Under the pieces are notes generated by a model. That model did no database searches and was not told the DNA's origin. It worked only from the letters and a program-made list of their open reading frames with translations. 64,000 nucleotides of DNA, taken from positions 129,084,001-129,148,000 of the forward strand of contig OX597815.1 of the NCBI GenBank assembly GCA_951406725.2, given 5' to 3'. Made by a program: the position numbers and the translations under genes. Of this stretch, positions 37,859 through 52,896 are shown in pieces. Each line of letters opens with the position of its first letter. The stretch's first letter is position 1. This DNA comes from Octopus vulgaris (lineage: Eukaryota).

Positions 37859-38932
37859 AATAAAGACTGAAAATATTCAGAAGATGAACATTCATGTATT
37901 AGCATATAGATATTTATATATTTACAGAACATATTTAAATGGAGTTTAAAAGATACAAAAAACTAAGGGGATAGGATTATTTTAGGCCCAACAGCTGTTT
38001 CTGGGTCGTCAGAATTATGTAATTATAATGTTAGTAGATGGAGTGCAAAAGAAGTCAAAAATAAGCAACAGGTAGTGGTCGCATATGTTACCATAAATCC
38101 AACCTCCATCTTCAGAGTGGAGAGATTAACTGGCACTAATTTCTATAGAAAATTTGTTGAGTGATTGAATCGCACTGCTAACACATACAGCATCCTTACA
38201 AGCAATTAAATTGATGATATATATATATCATCATTTTACTGTCCACTTTTCTATGTTTGTGTGGGTCAGATGAATTTCATCGAGGCAGATTATCTTAGGT
38301 CAGATACCCTTCCTGCCATCAACTTGCACTCGTTTCCAAGCAAGATAATACTTCACTATAGCCAGATATATTTTGCTCAGATGGATGAAAACAAAGAATA
38401 TTACTTGTATGACAATGACACTTGTTTATTACCATCACATGATGTCAAGACAAACACATACAAACATATAAAGTTTATAAAATGGATAGAGAAATTGGAA
38501 GGGTTGCATTGGTCCAATAGTAGAACACCTATCATGTCTACGGGAGTCATGGGTTCAAGTCTCACAATTAGTTTTCCATATTTTCTATCTAAAATGGTGT
38601 TTTTAAACCCAATATTTAAATGCTATTATTTATAGCTTTATGTAATATGTTTCAAGATCCACTACTCCAAAAAAGAATTACTGCACTTTCTCTTAAAAGT
38701 TTATTAATTTTTTATCTCTCTTTCTTATTCTCTTTTACTTGTTTCAGTCATTTGACTGCAGCCATGCTGGAGCACCGCCTTTAATCGAGCAACTAGATTT
38801 ATTCTTTTGTGAGCCCAGTACTTATTCTATCGGTTTCTTTTGCCGAACAGCTAAGTTACGGGGACATAAACACACCAGCATCGGTTGTCAAGAAATGCTA
38901 GGGGGACAAACACAGACACACAAACACACACA

Positions 38933-38990
<58 letters not shown>

Positions 38991-39710
38991 TACGATGGGC
39001 TTCTTTCAGTTTCCGTCTACCAAATCCGCTCACAAGGTGCCACGCAGTGGGACTGAACCCGGAACCATGTGGTTGGTAAACAAGCTACTTACCACACAGC
39101 CACTCCTGCACCTATATCAACAATGTATATACATTTATGACAAACTCTGACCACCAAGACTGTTTCTTTTGGGAACACATGAGAGATCATCTCCAGAGGC
39201 CTCCAACTCATTTTAGCCCTAAATATAAAAGTTCTACCCATGCTCAAGAAGCTGGGAATCTCTGAGTCACAGTGGTTTGCAATGAGAGCCATGAGCTTGG
39301 AAGAGCATTTTAATTTCTTGTGTCAGACTGACATGTTGATGCTGTCACTAAGTCTCAAAGAGAAATAGCAAATAACATTGAATTAGGTCATTTCCTAAGT
39401 TACTGCTCACTAAAGTTTGTTCACAAATACCTTGTGCACCTTGTATGTGTGTGTGTGTATTATTTTATTCTTTTACTTGTTTCAGTCATTTGACTGCGAC
39501 CATGATGAAGCACTGTCTTTAGTCGAGCAAACCAACCCCAGGACTTATTCTTCGTAAGCCTAGTACTTACTCTATCGATCTCTTTTGCCAAACTGCTGAG
39601 TTATGGGGGACATAAATGCACCAGCATCAGTTGTCAAGCAATGTTGTGGGGAGACAAACACAGACATGCAAACACACAGACACACATATACATACACACA
39701 CATATATATA

Positions 39711-41637
39711 TCTCTATATATAAAACTGAAATGCGTTTTTACCGCTTGGTTCGCTTTCAATGCCACTACATCCCGTCCGATTCGCTCCAAAATTTACAGG
39801 GACATGTAGAATGAGGTGACGATGCACGTGGGCTACCTTAGAAATCCCTATCTTAAAAGGTGTGGTTGCTAGGGGCCATCTTCTTCACTCACACTATTTC
39901 CTTCTTTCCCTCTCTTACTCCCCTTCATCTATAACGTTGACAATGTCTACTCCCGTTATTTTATGTATTCCCCTCAACTCCCTTTCACTTTGCCTTTATA
40001 AGGTCGTCAGGCGGCTTTTTTGATGTATCTGTTTGCATTCATAGGGAGAATTATCATCGCTACAATTTATGTATATGTCTTCCTCACTCACTCACTCTTT
40101 TTCCTAATGATAATTATCATCGCCACCACCACCAACACACAATACTCACTCTATTTCATACAAACGACCTTCTTTTATGTATCTGTCTGTGTGAAAGAGA
40201 GAGATAACTGAAATTTTTTACTCGGTTTTTGTAGTGCGTGCCTGTGTATGCATGTATGTGTATATGTATGTATGCATGTATGTGTGTGTGTGTATGTATC
40301 TATGTATGTGTGTGTGTGTATGTATGTGTATGTGTGTGTATGTATGTGTGAGTGTGCATGTATGTATGTACCTTTGTCTGTTTATGTAACGGTCTGCTAT
40401 GTAGAAATGAGGTTGACTCAATGGAAATGCATACATACACACACACATACATACACATACATACACACACACACATACATAGATGCAGACCTATGTTAAA
40501 AGTGCTGGCAAGTTTGCATGACAACTATTTTTTTTCCTCAAATGAAAGGCGTGACCTCTAGGACAAAATTCCTCATCTTATAAAATGTGGCCCCAGTACA
40601 CCCGAATGAAATCACGTTATATTAACCAAAATTTGAAAAGGGGTATAAATAGGGCTGGAAGAGGATTAAAATTTAAAGGAGCGGGTGTTTAGGAATTCTC
40701 TGTTACATCAAGCTAAAAAATTGGCGCCAGCCTTTTAATGGTCAATGTGTTGCCGTCCATGATGAAGAAGTTTTGAATGCTTGCCATGGTGAGTCTACTG
40801 TTGTGAAAAAGAATCACTTCAAAACTTGGTGTTTAGGGATTTTCTTTTACATCAAGTTCAACATTTTACGCCAGCCGTTAAACTGTCAAAACGTTGCTGT
40901 CCGTCGTCAAGAAATGCCAGCCATGCTGACTCTACTACCCTCAGATTCTATCCCTTCAAACTTTGGTTTCCAATATTTTATTATTTTTATTCAGCTCGCA
41001 AGTTCGTCTGTCCCTTTTAAATGTTAGTGTTTTGCTGTCTGCCTTGAAGCAGACCTTTCCGTTGTTACTGCCTGATATTTATGATTGATCTTTCTAAATA
41101 TTTTATTTCTCAACTTACTCAAGATATTTTGTTGTTTATAAATGGGAGAGAGATAGATAAAGATAGAGAGTAAGAGAAAGCGAGGGAGAGTCCGAGAGAA
41201 AGGAAGAGTAAGAGAGTGGGGAAAGTGAGAGAGAAAGGAGAGAGAAACAAAGAGGGAGAATCATCATCATCATCATCGTTTAACGTCCGTTTTCCGTGCT
41301 AGCACGGGTTGGACAGTTTGACCAGGGTCTGGGAAGCCAGGAGGCTGCACCAGGCTCCAGTCTTATCTGGCAGTGTTTCTACAGGTGGATGCCCTTCCTA
41401 ACGCCAACCACTCTGTGAGCGTAGTGGGTGCATTTTTCGTGCCGCCGGCACAGGTGCCAGGGGGCTGGCAATGGCCACGATCGGTTGGTGCTTTTTACGT
41501 GTCACTGGCACAGAAGCCAGTCAAGGCGGCGCTGCAATCCGCCACGTTCGGATGGTACTTTTTACGTGCTGAAAGGAAGCAACAGAAAGTAACAACCACA
41601 CTCTTACCCGCGCGTAGAGCGGGTCACCTTCAGCTAG
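39711..41637 (+). mobile_element. Non-autonomous Helitron (about 1.9 kb) inserted in the (TA)n of a family A SINE
   Basis: 5' end A|TCTCTATATATAAAA. 3' hairpin ACCCGC-GCGTAGA-GCGGGT (41606-41624), then CTAG|T at 41634-41638. No TSD. The SINE halves lie on either side, and an RTE-tail element is nested at about 41260-41570. Confidence 0.85.
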
Positions 41638-41669
<32 letters not shown>

Positions 41670-41802
41670 ACGAGCTTATTTCAATTTCTGTCTACCAAAA
41701 ACAACTAATAAGGCTTTGGTCGACCTGAGGCTATAGTAGAAGACACTTGCCCAAGGTGCCATACAGTGGGACTGAACCCAGAACCATGTGGTTGGTAAGC
41801 AA

Positions 41803-41850
<48 letters not shown>

Positions 41851-41856
41851 GTAAAT

Positions 41857-42170
41857 GTGGAGGCGCAATGGCCCAGTGGTTGAGGCAGCAAACTCGCAGT
41901 CGTAGGATCGCTAATTCGATTCCCAGACCGGGCGTTGTGAGCGTTTATTGAGTGAAAACACCTAAAGCTCCAACAAGTATCTGGCAGGGAGTGATGGCGA
42001 TCCCTGCTGTACTCTTTCCCCACAACTTTCTCTCACTCTTTCTTCTGTTGGTCTGCTTGCTTAGCCAGCGGGGTGGCGTCATTTGAAGGCTGAAGCAATG
42101 CAAAGTGCATTGTGACCAGCGATGTGTAGCAACATCTGATAGCCTCGTTGGTCACGGTGATCACAGTGAT
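41857..42170 (+). mobile_element. tRNA-derived SINE sharing the family B head but with a different 3' half
   Basis: Matches 28510-28700 up to ..CACAACTTTCTCTCACTCTT, then becomes unrelated and ends in GGTCACGGTGATCACAGTGAT. Confidence 0.8.
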
Positions 42171-44339
42171 ATATATCTGTAAATATAATATGTGACAATT
42201 ATTCAGTAGCCATGATAAAACTCCGAGTTTCGAATGTCGGGGTGGAAGCCCACACCAGCATCTCTTCAGTTATCGGGCCATCAAAAAATGCTATGAAAAT
42301 GACCGTTAAACAAAGGGAAATTACTATGTGATTGACCGTTATTAAGACAAAAGAGCTATTAGAATGACCGCTAAATAAGGGGAAGGAGTAAAAGGTAAAG
42401 GAATAAAAATGCTCATAGCAATTGCATAAGCGCACATGTCCATACATACACATGCACACCCACACACCCATGTACATGTGCCTTTATGCATATGCTCATC
42501 CACACTCATTTGAAACACACACATGCGTACCCATACATTTGCCAAAAAAAATATGTAAGTAGATGGAGTGCAAAAAAAGTCAAGAATATGCAACAGGTAG
42601 TGGATGCATAGTTTGAATGAGGTGGAAGTGTGCACAACGTCCATAAGAACCATTCAGGGAGACCATGCTCATCAACCAGACCTGCAAAGGAAAACAATTG
42701 CTGGAAACTCTCCACCGATCCCTACAGAAATATGTATGACAAATGGCTCGTAAGACAGGAGATCCCAAATGAAGTGCCCATCATGTTTTGAAGTGAGTTA
42801 TTGGAGATGTTACATTCCAACATTAATCCACACTCCCTCTGACTGGGTAACCATGTACCTCCTCTACAGTAAGACACTTGTCTCTGTCACTCTATCTCTC
42901 TGTCACACTCTAACCATTCATCATCTGATACAAGATCACTTCCACCAATGCCCATTCCCTCTCAAAGGTTCTTTGTCTTGCAAGTTACTTGGGGGCCCTG
43001 CCAGTGCTGATGCTACATAAAAAGCATCCAGTCCACACTGTAAAGTAGTTGGCATTTGGAAGGGCAAGCAGCTGTAAAAATCATGCCAAAATTGACCACA
43101 TAAAAAGCACATAAAACACACTCAGTCCATTCTCCTGGGTCATCAGTGTTAGGAAGGGCATTCAACTGTAAAAACCATACCAGAACAGACACAGAAGTCT
43201 GGTGCAATCTTCTGCCAGGCCAGCTCCTGTCAAATCATCCAACCCATGCCAGCATGGGAGGCGGATGTTAAATGATGATGAATTCACCATATAATGGTTG
43301 GTGCTAGGAAGGTTATCCAGTCATCCAGTCACAGAAACAATGCTAAAAATTTAATATATAAACCAGTTGTGGTCCTCTGACTCATCTAGGTAAACAGTAA
43401 CTCTAAATAATATCTGACTGACTGCGACAACTTGTCCAAAACAGGTCAGCATGGCAAGCAGGTATAGAAAACATAAAACCTATCTGTTTTGTAAAGCTGC
43501 TCTTCTCATATTTCACTCTACCTCATCTCCTGCCTAGAATCATCACATACTCTTTTTTTGTTCTCTCTTGGTTACAGGGGGCCACTTTAGGCCTTTAATC
43601 TTGCATGTTATGAGGTGATGGTTACTGATGCTGATATATTAAAAAAAACGCAATAGATGTGTAAAATGGTGATGTTAGGAAGGTCATTCAGATGTGGAAA
43701 ACATGAAAGTAGATATTGGAGCATGACATGGTCCTCCAACTTGTCAGATCCTGTTGAACAGTCCAACCCATATCAGCTTGTAGGATAAAGAACCCCTTTG
43801 GTCAAGAATGACCATGGTATTGCACCTAGAAAGTTCCCCTGCAAGGCAGAAGTCCAGGCAAACTTGCTTATGGAAGACCAGCAGTTGCCCATGCATACCA
43901 GCCTCCCTACTCCATGCCATCATTAATGTTATCCAAGGGAAAGGCAAAGGTTGATACAACTTGACACAAGTGACGCTGCAACTCAATTCTATAGCAGAGT
44001 GAAATGGAGCAACATGAAATTCATGAAATCAAGTGTCTTGCTCAAGAACACAACACAGCCTGATTTGGGATTTGAACTCACTGTCTCATTATTGTGAGCC
44101 CAGCACTCTAATCATTGAGCCATGCACCTTCACATGGAAAGCCCGACATTAAATGATGATAATGATGACAATACCTTCATGAATAAAAATGTGGAATCAG
44201 GTGGACTGGTATCAATCTTTTGTTTGGATTTCAATAATGAATAATTACCTTCATATATGCATGCATGTACACACACACACGCACACACACACACATTGTA
44301 CTAAATATAAACAATGGAATTACAAAAAAATGCAGTGTG

Positions 44340-45075
44340 TTTTCAGGCAGAGTGAAAAGGAAGCAGCATTTCATGTGTAATAGACACACTGGAGTTTGGC
44401 TAGTAGCAAGAGGACTAAAGAAATGAAAACAGTCAATTAATCTCTGACAGAAGTTGTAAATGGTTTCTGTTACCTAGGTGACCTAATCAGTAGTTAAGGT
44501 GAGTGTTGCAAAAGCAGAGTAATCAGAGTGAGAACAAATTAAAAAAGTTGAAGGAAATATTTGAAGAAAAAAGTCAATTTTTGTTGACAAGAAAAGGCTT
44601 CTTTCTCCAAATAAAAGGCAAAGTGTGTGGTACATGTGTATCAAGTGTAATTTTGCATAGTAGCAAGACTCAGAATTTGAATGTGGAGGAGATGTAAAGG
44701 CCTGAAAGAGATGAGGCAAGTACATTCAGCTGATTGCATTGTGTTAGCATACATGAACAATGGAGCACAAAGAAGTTGAGAGGAAAGCTGAATATAAAAT
44801 CAATTAGATGTAGTGTGCAAGAGTTAAGACTGCAGTGCATCTACATACATGTGATGCATATTGATGACAATAGTGGTGTAAAGAAATGCTGAGTTCTCAA
44901 AGGGGATGGAACTTGTGAAAGGGAAAGACCTAGGAAGATATGGGACAAAATGGTGAAGACTGATTTCAAGAGCTGAACCTCCTAAAGGAGATGACAAAGA
45001 ACTACGATGAATGGTAACAAGTAATGCTAGAGCGGACCCAACCATCTGTGCAAGTATAGCAAAACACATGTTCAA
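44340..45075 (+). mobile_element. Degenerate RTE-clade LINE 3' region
   Basis: Fragments EVVNGFCYLGD, LTRKGFFLQIKGKV, LRGKLNI..RCSVQE and GTCERERPRKIW; homologous to 8130-8790. Confidence 0.65.
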
Positions 45076-46263
45076 ATAGAGATTGGGATATACAATATGT
45101 CTACACTTAGCTATCTCCTTTAATGTGCTCCAGTTAAGTTTACATCTACTGCCCTCTCCTTCTCCTACTTACTGTGCTATGCGGCCAATATAACAGATGG
45201 CATTGCATTTATCTACTTTCAGACCAGCCCACCATCACCCTTTATTACACCATTTGCCCTCCATCATAACACCTTTATAATGAAGGATGACATAAAATCT
45301 GTCTGTATCTAATCGCCCTAACTATTACATCTCTTTGCTGCTAGCTATCACACACTCACTCTCTCACTCTCTCTCTCTCACTTTTTACTGACATTCATTG
45401 CTCTCTCTTACTATCATTTATTCTCTCTTACCATAAACAATCATATTCTTATCCTTCATTCTCTCTCTCACGTTACACGTTCTCAATCTCCTTACCAAAA
45501 ACCAACATGTAGCTGCCTCTCTTCCAGCTCCTATCACCCTGTTTTCCCCATAATACACATACTCTTTTCCTTCCCCTTCTAACCCTAACACTCTTTCTCT
45601 CATTATACACCTTTCTGTTCACTCTCTCAATCATGCTTTCCCTGAATGAATGGAGGCAATTTAGTCTTGCATAAGACAAGGCAACCTCTCTAGTGCTGGT
45701 GCCATGACAAAATTCACCCAGCACACAGTGTAAAGTGGGTGGAAAATGAATGGTGATAATGAAGGCTTGAGAAAACACTTTAGTCTCACCAACAATATGA
45801 ATAACTTTCTCATAGTGGTATTATGACAAAATCTACTCAGTACATTATGCAAAGTGGTCAATGTTAGGAAAGACACCCAGCAGAGGAAAACATACCTCAA
45901 AATGGCACAAACGGAGAGCATGGTCCACCAACATGTCTAAGAGAGCTGTAACTCAAGTTAAGAACTGACTTGGGTTACAACCAATCCAACTCATAACATC
46001 ATAGAAAGCAGATATAAAACTATTTAATTAGTTGATTGAATACTCCAAGTAATTTTGTCATTTCCAAATAATTGATTTCCCAGAATATAATATTAATAGT
46101 TATAGTTATTTCATATTGCTTTTGTATGTACTAAGCCACTGCATCAATACAAATATAACTTGAAAAAAGCAGAAAAATGCTTCTGTTAAAGACATCCTTA
46201 AAACCTCACTAAATGTCAGTTAGTATAACGTACAATTACTATATTATTACCACGTATTATGTA

Positions 46264-47146
46264 CGAGGTGGTATCAATAAGTTCCCGGACTAGTTACATA
46301 TCAAGCCAACAGATGGCAGCACACAGTTGCATGCACAGTGAGAGCTGGCAGTGACCTTCATGAGTCAATGTGCCAAGTGACATCGCTGTGTTTACTTCGC
46401 AAGTTGTGAAATTTGTGTTTTTGTGATCACAAGTATGTTGTAATCTGTGATTTTTTGTCATGGACAGTAAGTTGGAACAAAGATCCAACATGAAATTTTG
46501 TGTTAGACTTGGTAAGCAGCCACAGGGACATTGAGCATGCTTCGGCAAGCTTATAGGGATGAGGCAATGGGTTATGCATAATGTTTTGAGTGATATGAGC
46601 ACTTCAAAAGTGGAAAAACATCTCTGCAAGACAATGTGTGATCTGGAAGACTTGCCATGAGTACCACCCCCAGAAATGTGGAGAAAATCCATCAGCTTGT
46701 GCATGAGGACCGTCAGAGGACAATCAACTACATTGCTGATGATGTGGATTTGTGCAGACAATCCTAACATCTGGATTCTTCACAATGACAATGGATCCTA
46801 TCACCAAGCTTTTCTCATTTGTGAGTTTCTTGCCAAAAACAACTTTGTATGACTTCTATTTGCCAGATTAGCACCTGCAGACTTCCATCTCTTCCCCAAA
46901 ATGAAAATGCAGCTCAAAGGTCACCATTTTAAAACTGTTGTTGAAATCAAGAGCAACTTACAGAAGGTCCTGAACTCACTTATGGAAAATGGCTTCCAGG
47001 CTGGATTCCAAAAGTGGCAGGAACATTGGGACCAGTGTATTGCTGTGCAAGATGACTATTTCAAAAGAGAATATGTTAAAACTTAGGTAAATAAGTTATT
47101 TTTTTATCAAACATAACTAGTCTGGGAACTTTTTAGTATCACCTCG
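46264..47146 (+). mobile_element. Mariner (DD34D) element, internally deleted, with TA TSD
   Basis: TIRs CGAGGTGGTATCAATAAGTTCCCGGACTAGTT and AACTAGTCTGGGAACTTTTTAGTATCACCTCG, with TA on both sides. Transposase fragments MDSKLEQRSNMKFCVRLGK (from 46460), ILHNDNG, DLAPADFHLFPKMK and FQKWQEHWDQCI..DYF. Confidence 0.92.
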
Positions 47147-49732
47147 TAAGTATTTTGTGTGCTTTCATTTACAATCTTCATTAGTACTTTTGGAAACAAA
47201 ATATAGTGTACCTCCATAAATTCATAACTGCATAAGGCTATGTTACTATGGGCTTAAGAAATGGGACAATACTGCATATTGTTAAGAATGGTGTGCCTCA
47301 ATCTATTTGATTGAAGATATGTTCCATTCTAACTCGCTGTTGTGTAGTTTGTGCCAGAAGGTACCTGTCCTAATACTGTGCAAATGAGCAACTTTGTCAG
47401 TGATAGATTCATAGAAAGACAACCAGCTGAAAAGTCTGTGGTTTATGTACTATTTTAATCCCTGAACATATATCTATGGCTAAAAAACAACAACACTCAA
47501 GAGCTGAACCAACTGAGCTTTCTTAGTGGGTACACTGACAGATGTGATTGATTGTTGAAAATAATATTGTAGAATTGACAGATGTAATTAGTTGCTTTGT
47601 TGTGCAGGTTTAAGTTCCTGCTACAGAAATCCAGTATCTCTATCCAAGAGGAGAGCTTATGTTTTTCCATGATTATTGCCTCATAGATCCTTGTCATTCA
47701 GATAAATAAGCAAACTCTCAAGATGCATGTCATTTAGAAATAGAAGAGAGTTTTATATAGTTAATAATTTCTTTTTTTTTACTTCACTGGCTACAACTTG
47801 TAGTAAACTTGCTTCATTGATCATCTCATCAATAATTGGAAGTGGACATTATATATTTCAATCTTGACTTTTACACCATTAAATTACTAATATTAATTTT
47901 ATTAACATCTAAATGATTGAACACTTAACTATATAATATTCAATCTAGTGCATCATCACAGATCATACTTAGCTGTTTCAAAAGATTTTAATAATGACTA
48001 ACTGATCTAAGTTAAAATGTTCCATCAAAATTTATTGTTAATTCATGATCCCAAAACTAAGTTATTTTACTAAATTCTTCATTATTTTCAAAATTAATTG
48101 AAACAAAATCAGTATATTTCAACATAGATGGTAACAAAAACAGGTTAAAAAAAACTATTAAAATTTTGAACTGTTGAAGACACTCTGAGCAAAACGAAAT
48201 TGCTATTTTAGGAATTCAGGTTTGTTCTTAATGTAAATATAATAGCTCTAAAAAAGCTACCATAGGGGAATTACTATGTTAATAAATCAATAAGTATTAT
48301 AAAGATCTATTTACTTCATTAGATAGCGTTAAATGTTTAAGGGCCCCTGAATTGACAGTACTAATTAGTGACTATCAGTCTATTAAAGTGAATTTAGTTT
48401 TCAAGAAGCTGGAGGAAGGGGTAAGTTCCATATCCAATTGTTAAAAAGATGTTTTGATGAAAACTTTTCTAGAAGTTACTTACCTAAATATGCAGGAAAT
48501 ATTTCAGTTATCTAACAAAGGAATACAAGGAATGGAAAGCAAATAAACCTTTATTCAGTGAAAATATTTTTACAAGAATTGTGATTTCCTATTTAACAAT
48601 TATTTATTTCAGTTTGTAATCTTTGTTTCTTACAATTTTGCCTTACTTTAAACTCCTTGCTGGTGCTGTTTTGGAAAGGTATGAAGGCCACCACATCCTA
48701 TTTCTACTACCTTGAAATAATCCTGTCTATTTAAGAAATTGATATTTATGGATAATAGTGCAGTAATAATGGTTTTATCTCAATGGCTGCACTAATGAGC
48801 TTACCACAACTTCTCATTGCTTCTCTGTCCTATGACATAATCTATGAAAGATCACAGCCCAATAGTCGGGGTGATTGATCCCAAATCATAAGTTCATGAT
48901 TTCAACTTTCAGACAGGGCAATGCATTGTGTTCTTGAGCAAGACACTTCATTTCACATTGTTTTCTAGTTCAATCAACTGAAAATGTAAACTGGGATAAT
49001 CTCTTACCAAATGACAGACCTGTTTAAAATGTAATCTAGTAAATCCTTTTGAATGAGCATTCAATTTTTTAAAAAAAATATGGGTCCTTATTGAAATCAA
49101 AATTTAAGAGACAAGAAAGAAAAAAATGTCATTTATTTTATCTTATTTTTTAAAAATTTATTACAAGTAGGAATTTCTGAGTTCCAATAGATTTTCGGAA
49201 TACAGTGTGGTTAGAAAAGTGACTAAAGTAAAAACAAAGTCACTGCTAATAAACTGTATGCAAAATAAAATTTTAGTTTAAAATTTTTCTCTTCCTAATT
49301 GATGTTAATATTTTCATTTCTGGTGCTGTTAAATTTTGTTTATACTATGGTTGCGTATTAGTTTATGTAAACTAGGAGCAATCAAGGCTAAAGAAATGAC
49401 AGTGCACACAAAATTGTGTGTTAAAGCAGTTGTTTTATTACATGAATTTGTATTTACAAATCAGGATGATTATAAATGGGGAAAGGGAGGGGTCTCACAC
49501 ACACAAACATGATCAAAAATATTTAGTTATTAACAAAATATATTACATCTTAATTTCTAATGAATATTAAAAGATTAGATAAAAATGGGTTATATCATAT
49601 GTAACACTTCATTGTTAAAGGAGTTAAGAATAGTGAGTTGTGATATTAGGCAGAGACAAATAAATGTATAGTGAAGCTGGTATGATATGAGGCATCTTTT
49701 ACAGTCATTCCTCTTAGTATTCGTATTCCTTT

Positions 49733-49768
<36 letters not shown>

Positions 49769-49772
49769 AGTA

Positions 49773-49978
49773 TTAATATTTTATAAGCTTAAAGCTTATA
49801 AGCAATCACTGTGCAATGACAGTCTAATATTGGTGCATATAAGCCCTTGATAGAAAAAAGTAGGATTCCCATGCACGTGGGAAACCTACGTTTTTCTGTT
49901 GAACGTTTATATGTCCTAATATTAGACTATTTTCTTTAGTCATTGCATGGTGATTGCTTATAAGTTTATAAAATATTA
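49773..49978. repeat. Foldback element (arms of about 100 bp)
   Basis: Centre GTAGGATTCCCATG-CACGTGGGAAACCTAC. The arms include CTTATAAGCAATCAC..TGCAATGAC / GTCATTGCA..GTGATTGCTTATAAG and AGTCTAATATT / AATATTAGACT. It lies between (TA)n and (TTA)n. Confidence 0.8.
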
Positions 49979-51829
49979 TTATTATTATTATTATTATCAT
50001 TTACAGAATCGTAAAAATCAATTCTGCTTACCAAAAATTGTTGCATTGCTGGATAATGAATAAAACTTTTGACATACAGAAAAGTTTAAAGTTTAATCTG
50101 ATCAAGGATACTTGATGCGTAGTTGCAACCTTGGCAATTAGACTATGAGGATGTGAAAATGGCTTTGCCCAAATCAATGCATACATTCTCGGTTCTTCTC
50201 AATTACAGTTATATTTTTTTTTCTCTCCTACTATCCAATTTCAGAAACATTTTTTTACACAGAATTGTTGAAGAATGGAATAAACTACTTACATCAATTG
50301 CTTAGCTATTGGGACACTTCATCCTTCAAAACTTCCATGCTTCCTGAAATTCACCAACAATATACCTGATCTCCCCCTACCACATCCCTTTTTTTCTAAT
50401 GATTCATTCATTTCCTGTGAATATTTTAAGTACTGTTCATGCACTTTTGGCTACTCTTTCTGATGAGTTGTAGTGCATCTGAGCACTGTATATAATAACT
50501 TTGTTATTTTTCATCATCATCATAATTTAATGTCCATTGTCCATGCTGACATGGGTTGGATGGTTTGACCAGGGCTGGTAAGCAGAGGGGCTGCACCAGA
50601 CTCCAGTTTGATTTTTGTATGGTTTCTACAGCTAGATACCCTTTCTAACACTAATCACTCCAAGAATGTAATGAGTGCTTTTATGTTCCACCAGCATGGG
50701 TGCCAGTTGCATGACACCAGTATCTGACATGACTATGGTTTCACTTGGCTTGATGGGTCTTCTACTCAAGCACAGCACATTGCTAAAGGTCTCAGTCATT
50801 TGTCATTGCCTCCATGAGGCTCAACACATGAAAGGTGCTTTTTACATGTCACTGGCATGGGTGCTAGTTATGTGACACCAGCATCTTCCACATTGCCTCC
50901 ATGAGGTGATTATTATTATTATTATTATTATCATCATTATTATTATTATTATTATCATCATTATTATCATTATTATTATTATTATTATTGCTATAAAGTG
51001 ATGATTTGTCAACAGTATATTCACTTTAAAAGTACCTATTTCACCCACAGCATCCATTTTAATGGTTTGCAAGCTATTTCCTACACCAAAATAAATTTTC
51101 TTCATCTGCATGTCAAGCTATAACTATAACTATAAATTTGGCTGGGTCACCTAGGTAAGAGTGTCTGATGTTGAAAGACGCGAAACACCTAATGACCACC
51201 ACCCCTGGAGAAGCATTCACTTAAATAATTTTTGCAGAAACATAGAAATAGTATGAGTATGAGAGAGTGGGAGGAGAGAAATATGAAATACAATCTGCAA
51301 AACTTAGAATATTTACTGCATTTTTATCACAAATAAAATTTCAGAAAATCACTTTACAGAGTGTGCTGGGTGCTTTTATGTGGCACTGCACAAGTGCTTT
51401 TATGTGGTACCACCATGAGTACTTTTTACGTGGCACCAGCACAGGACTCTCACAGGCCAATCTTCTTCACCAGGGGAAATGACCTTAACACTTCTGCTGA
51501 GAAAATCCATACTCCACAGTAGATAAGTTAAGGCTGTTCACTCTGGTAAAGAAGATTGGACTGTGAGAGTCCTGTACCGGTGTCATGTAAAAAGCATTTG
51601 TGCCAGTGCTATGTATAAGCGCTCGTGCGGTGCCACGTAAAAGCACCAAGCACACTCTGTAAAGTGGTTGATGTTAGGAAATGCGTTCAGCTGAAGAAAC
51701 CATCTCAAATCAGACTGGAGCCTGATGCAGCACTCTCCAACCCATGCCAGCATGGAAAACAGATGTTAAATGATAATGATGATGAAAACCATACCAACAG
51801 GTTACAGATTGCTTAGCATACTACATTAT

Positions 51830-52700
51830 ACACTCATGGTTCTAGAAGCAAATTTCTTGGTGTGTTCAGTTATACATTAAAGATAATACTTCCATCTATT
51901 AACATGAATTGCCATGTTTATTCATAACTGTTTCAGAGCTCTTTAGAAATTTATTTGCATTTCCTCATAATCTTCTTCCATTATATTACTAAAAAGCTTA
52001 TCATTTCTAATCAAATATTTTCCTACATCCATGACACCACTCTAGTCTTATCCGTTTGTGTATCCATCTAATTACAAGAATTGTCCACACAAAGTCATAA
52101 TAATTAATGTGACCTAGTACACCATCATTATTATGCACCTTCTACACATTCTGAGCTTCGGCACTAACAACTTACATGAACTTAACAACAACCAAACCAC
52201 ACAGATACGTCGAAAAAATTAAAATATATCTTCAATACTCTATAAATTCAAAGCTAATATCACTTAATTACCTAGGACTAATTACATTCATAGATTTCTC
52301 ACGGACAAACTCATGTCTTTGACATGGTACAGCTTGTGCTGTTGATTCTGCTTTGCATAGACATCTCATATCCAAAAGGACATTCCACTGATTGACAAAG
52401 ATTCACTCATCACCATACTTCAACCAGTAGCTGACAGATGCGCAGTTTCTTTCCTGTGCCTCTTCTTTCAGCTACATCCTCTCCAATCTATCCTCCTCCT
52501 TTCTCCCACACTTCACCCAAACCTTCCTCTCCAGAACTGTAAACTTATAGAATGTTTTCTTTGCCCACATTTCTGTCAGAAAATTTGATCTACAGAAACT
52601 TTGATCTACAGAAAAGTTGAATACCAACACTTTCATCAATCTCACTACACAGGATGGTCTGAAAAAGGGGATTGCCCTACACCTCCTGACTAACTTATTA
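51830..52700 (+). mobile_element. Old LINE RT 3' remnant (L2/Crack/Jockey-like)
   Basis: Degenerate motifs such as ..RCAVSFLCLFF.Y.. and ..RT..Y.N.FFA.., with many stops. The clade is uncertain. Confidence 0.4.
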
Positions 52701-52896
52701 AAAAAAAAAAACAAAAACAAAAGAGCTTGATTAAAAGATTATGGAGCTTTTCATTAATCAAAATCAGTTCTAATATTGACTAATCATTATGTGCAGATGC
52801 ACCCATCTACAGACAGGCATTTACAAATACACATATTTAATTCATAATTTATTCTAAACAAGAGGGAACAAATATGCATTATATATATATATATAT

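Noticed and set aside
51160-51195. GTGT-CTGATG...CGAAACAC as a hammerhead
   Set aside because: The core is CTGATGT rather than CTGATGA, and no consistent stem II or stem I can be drawn.
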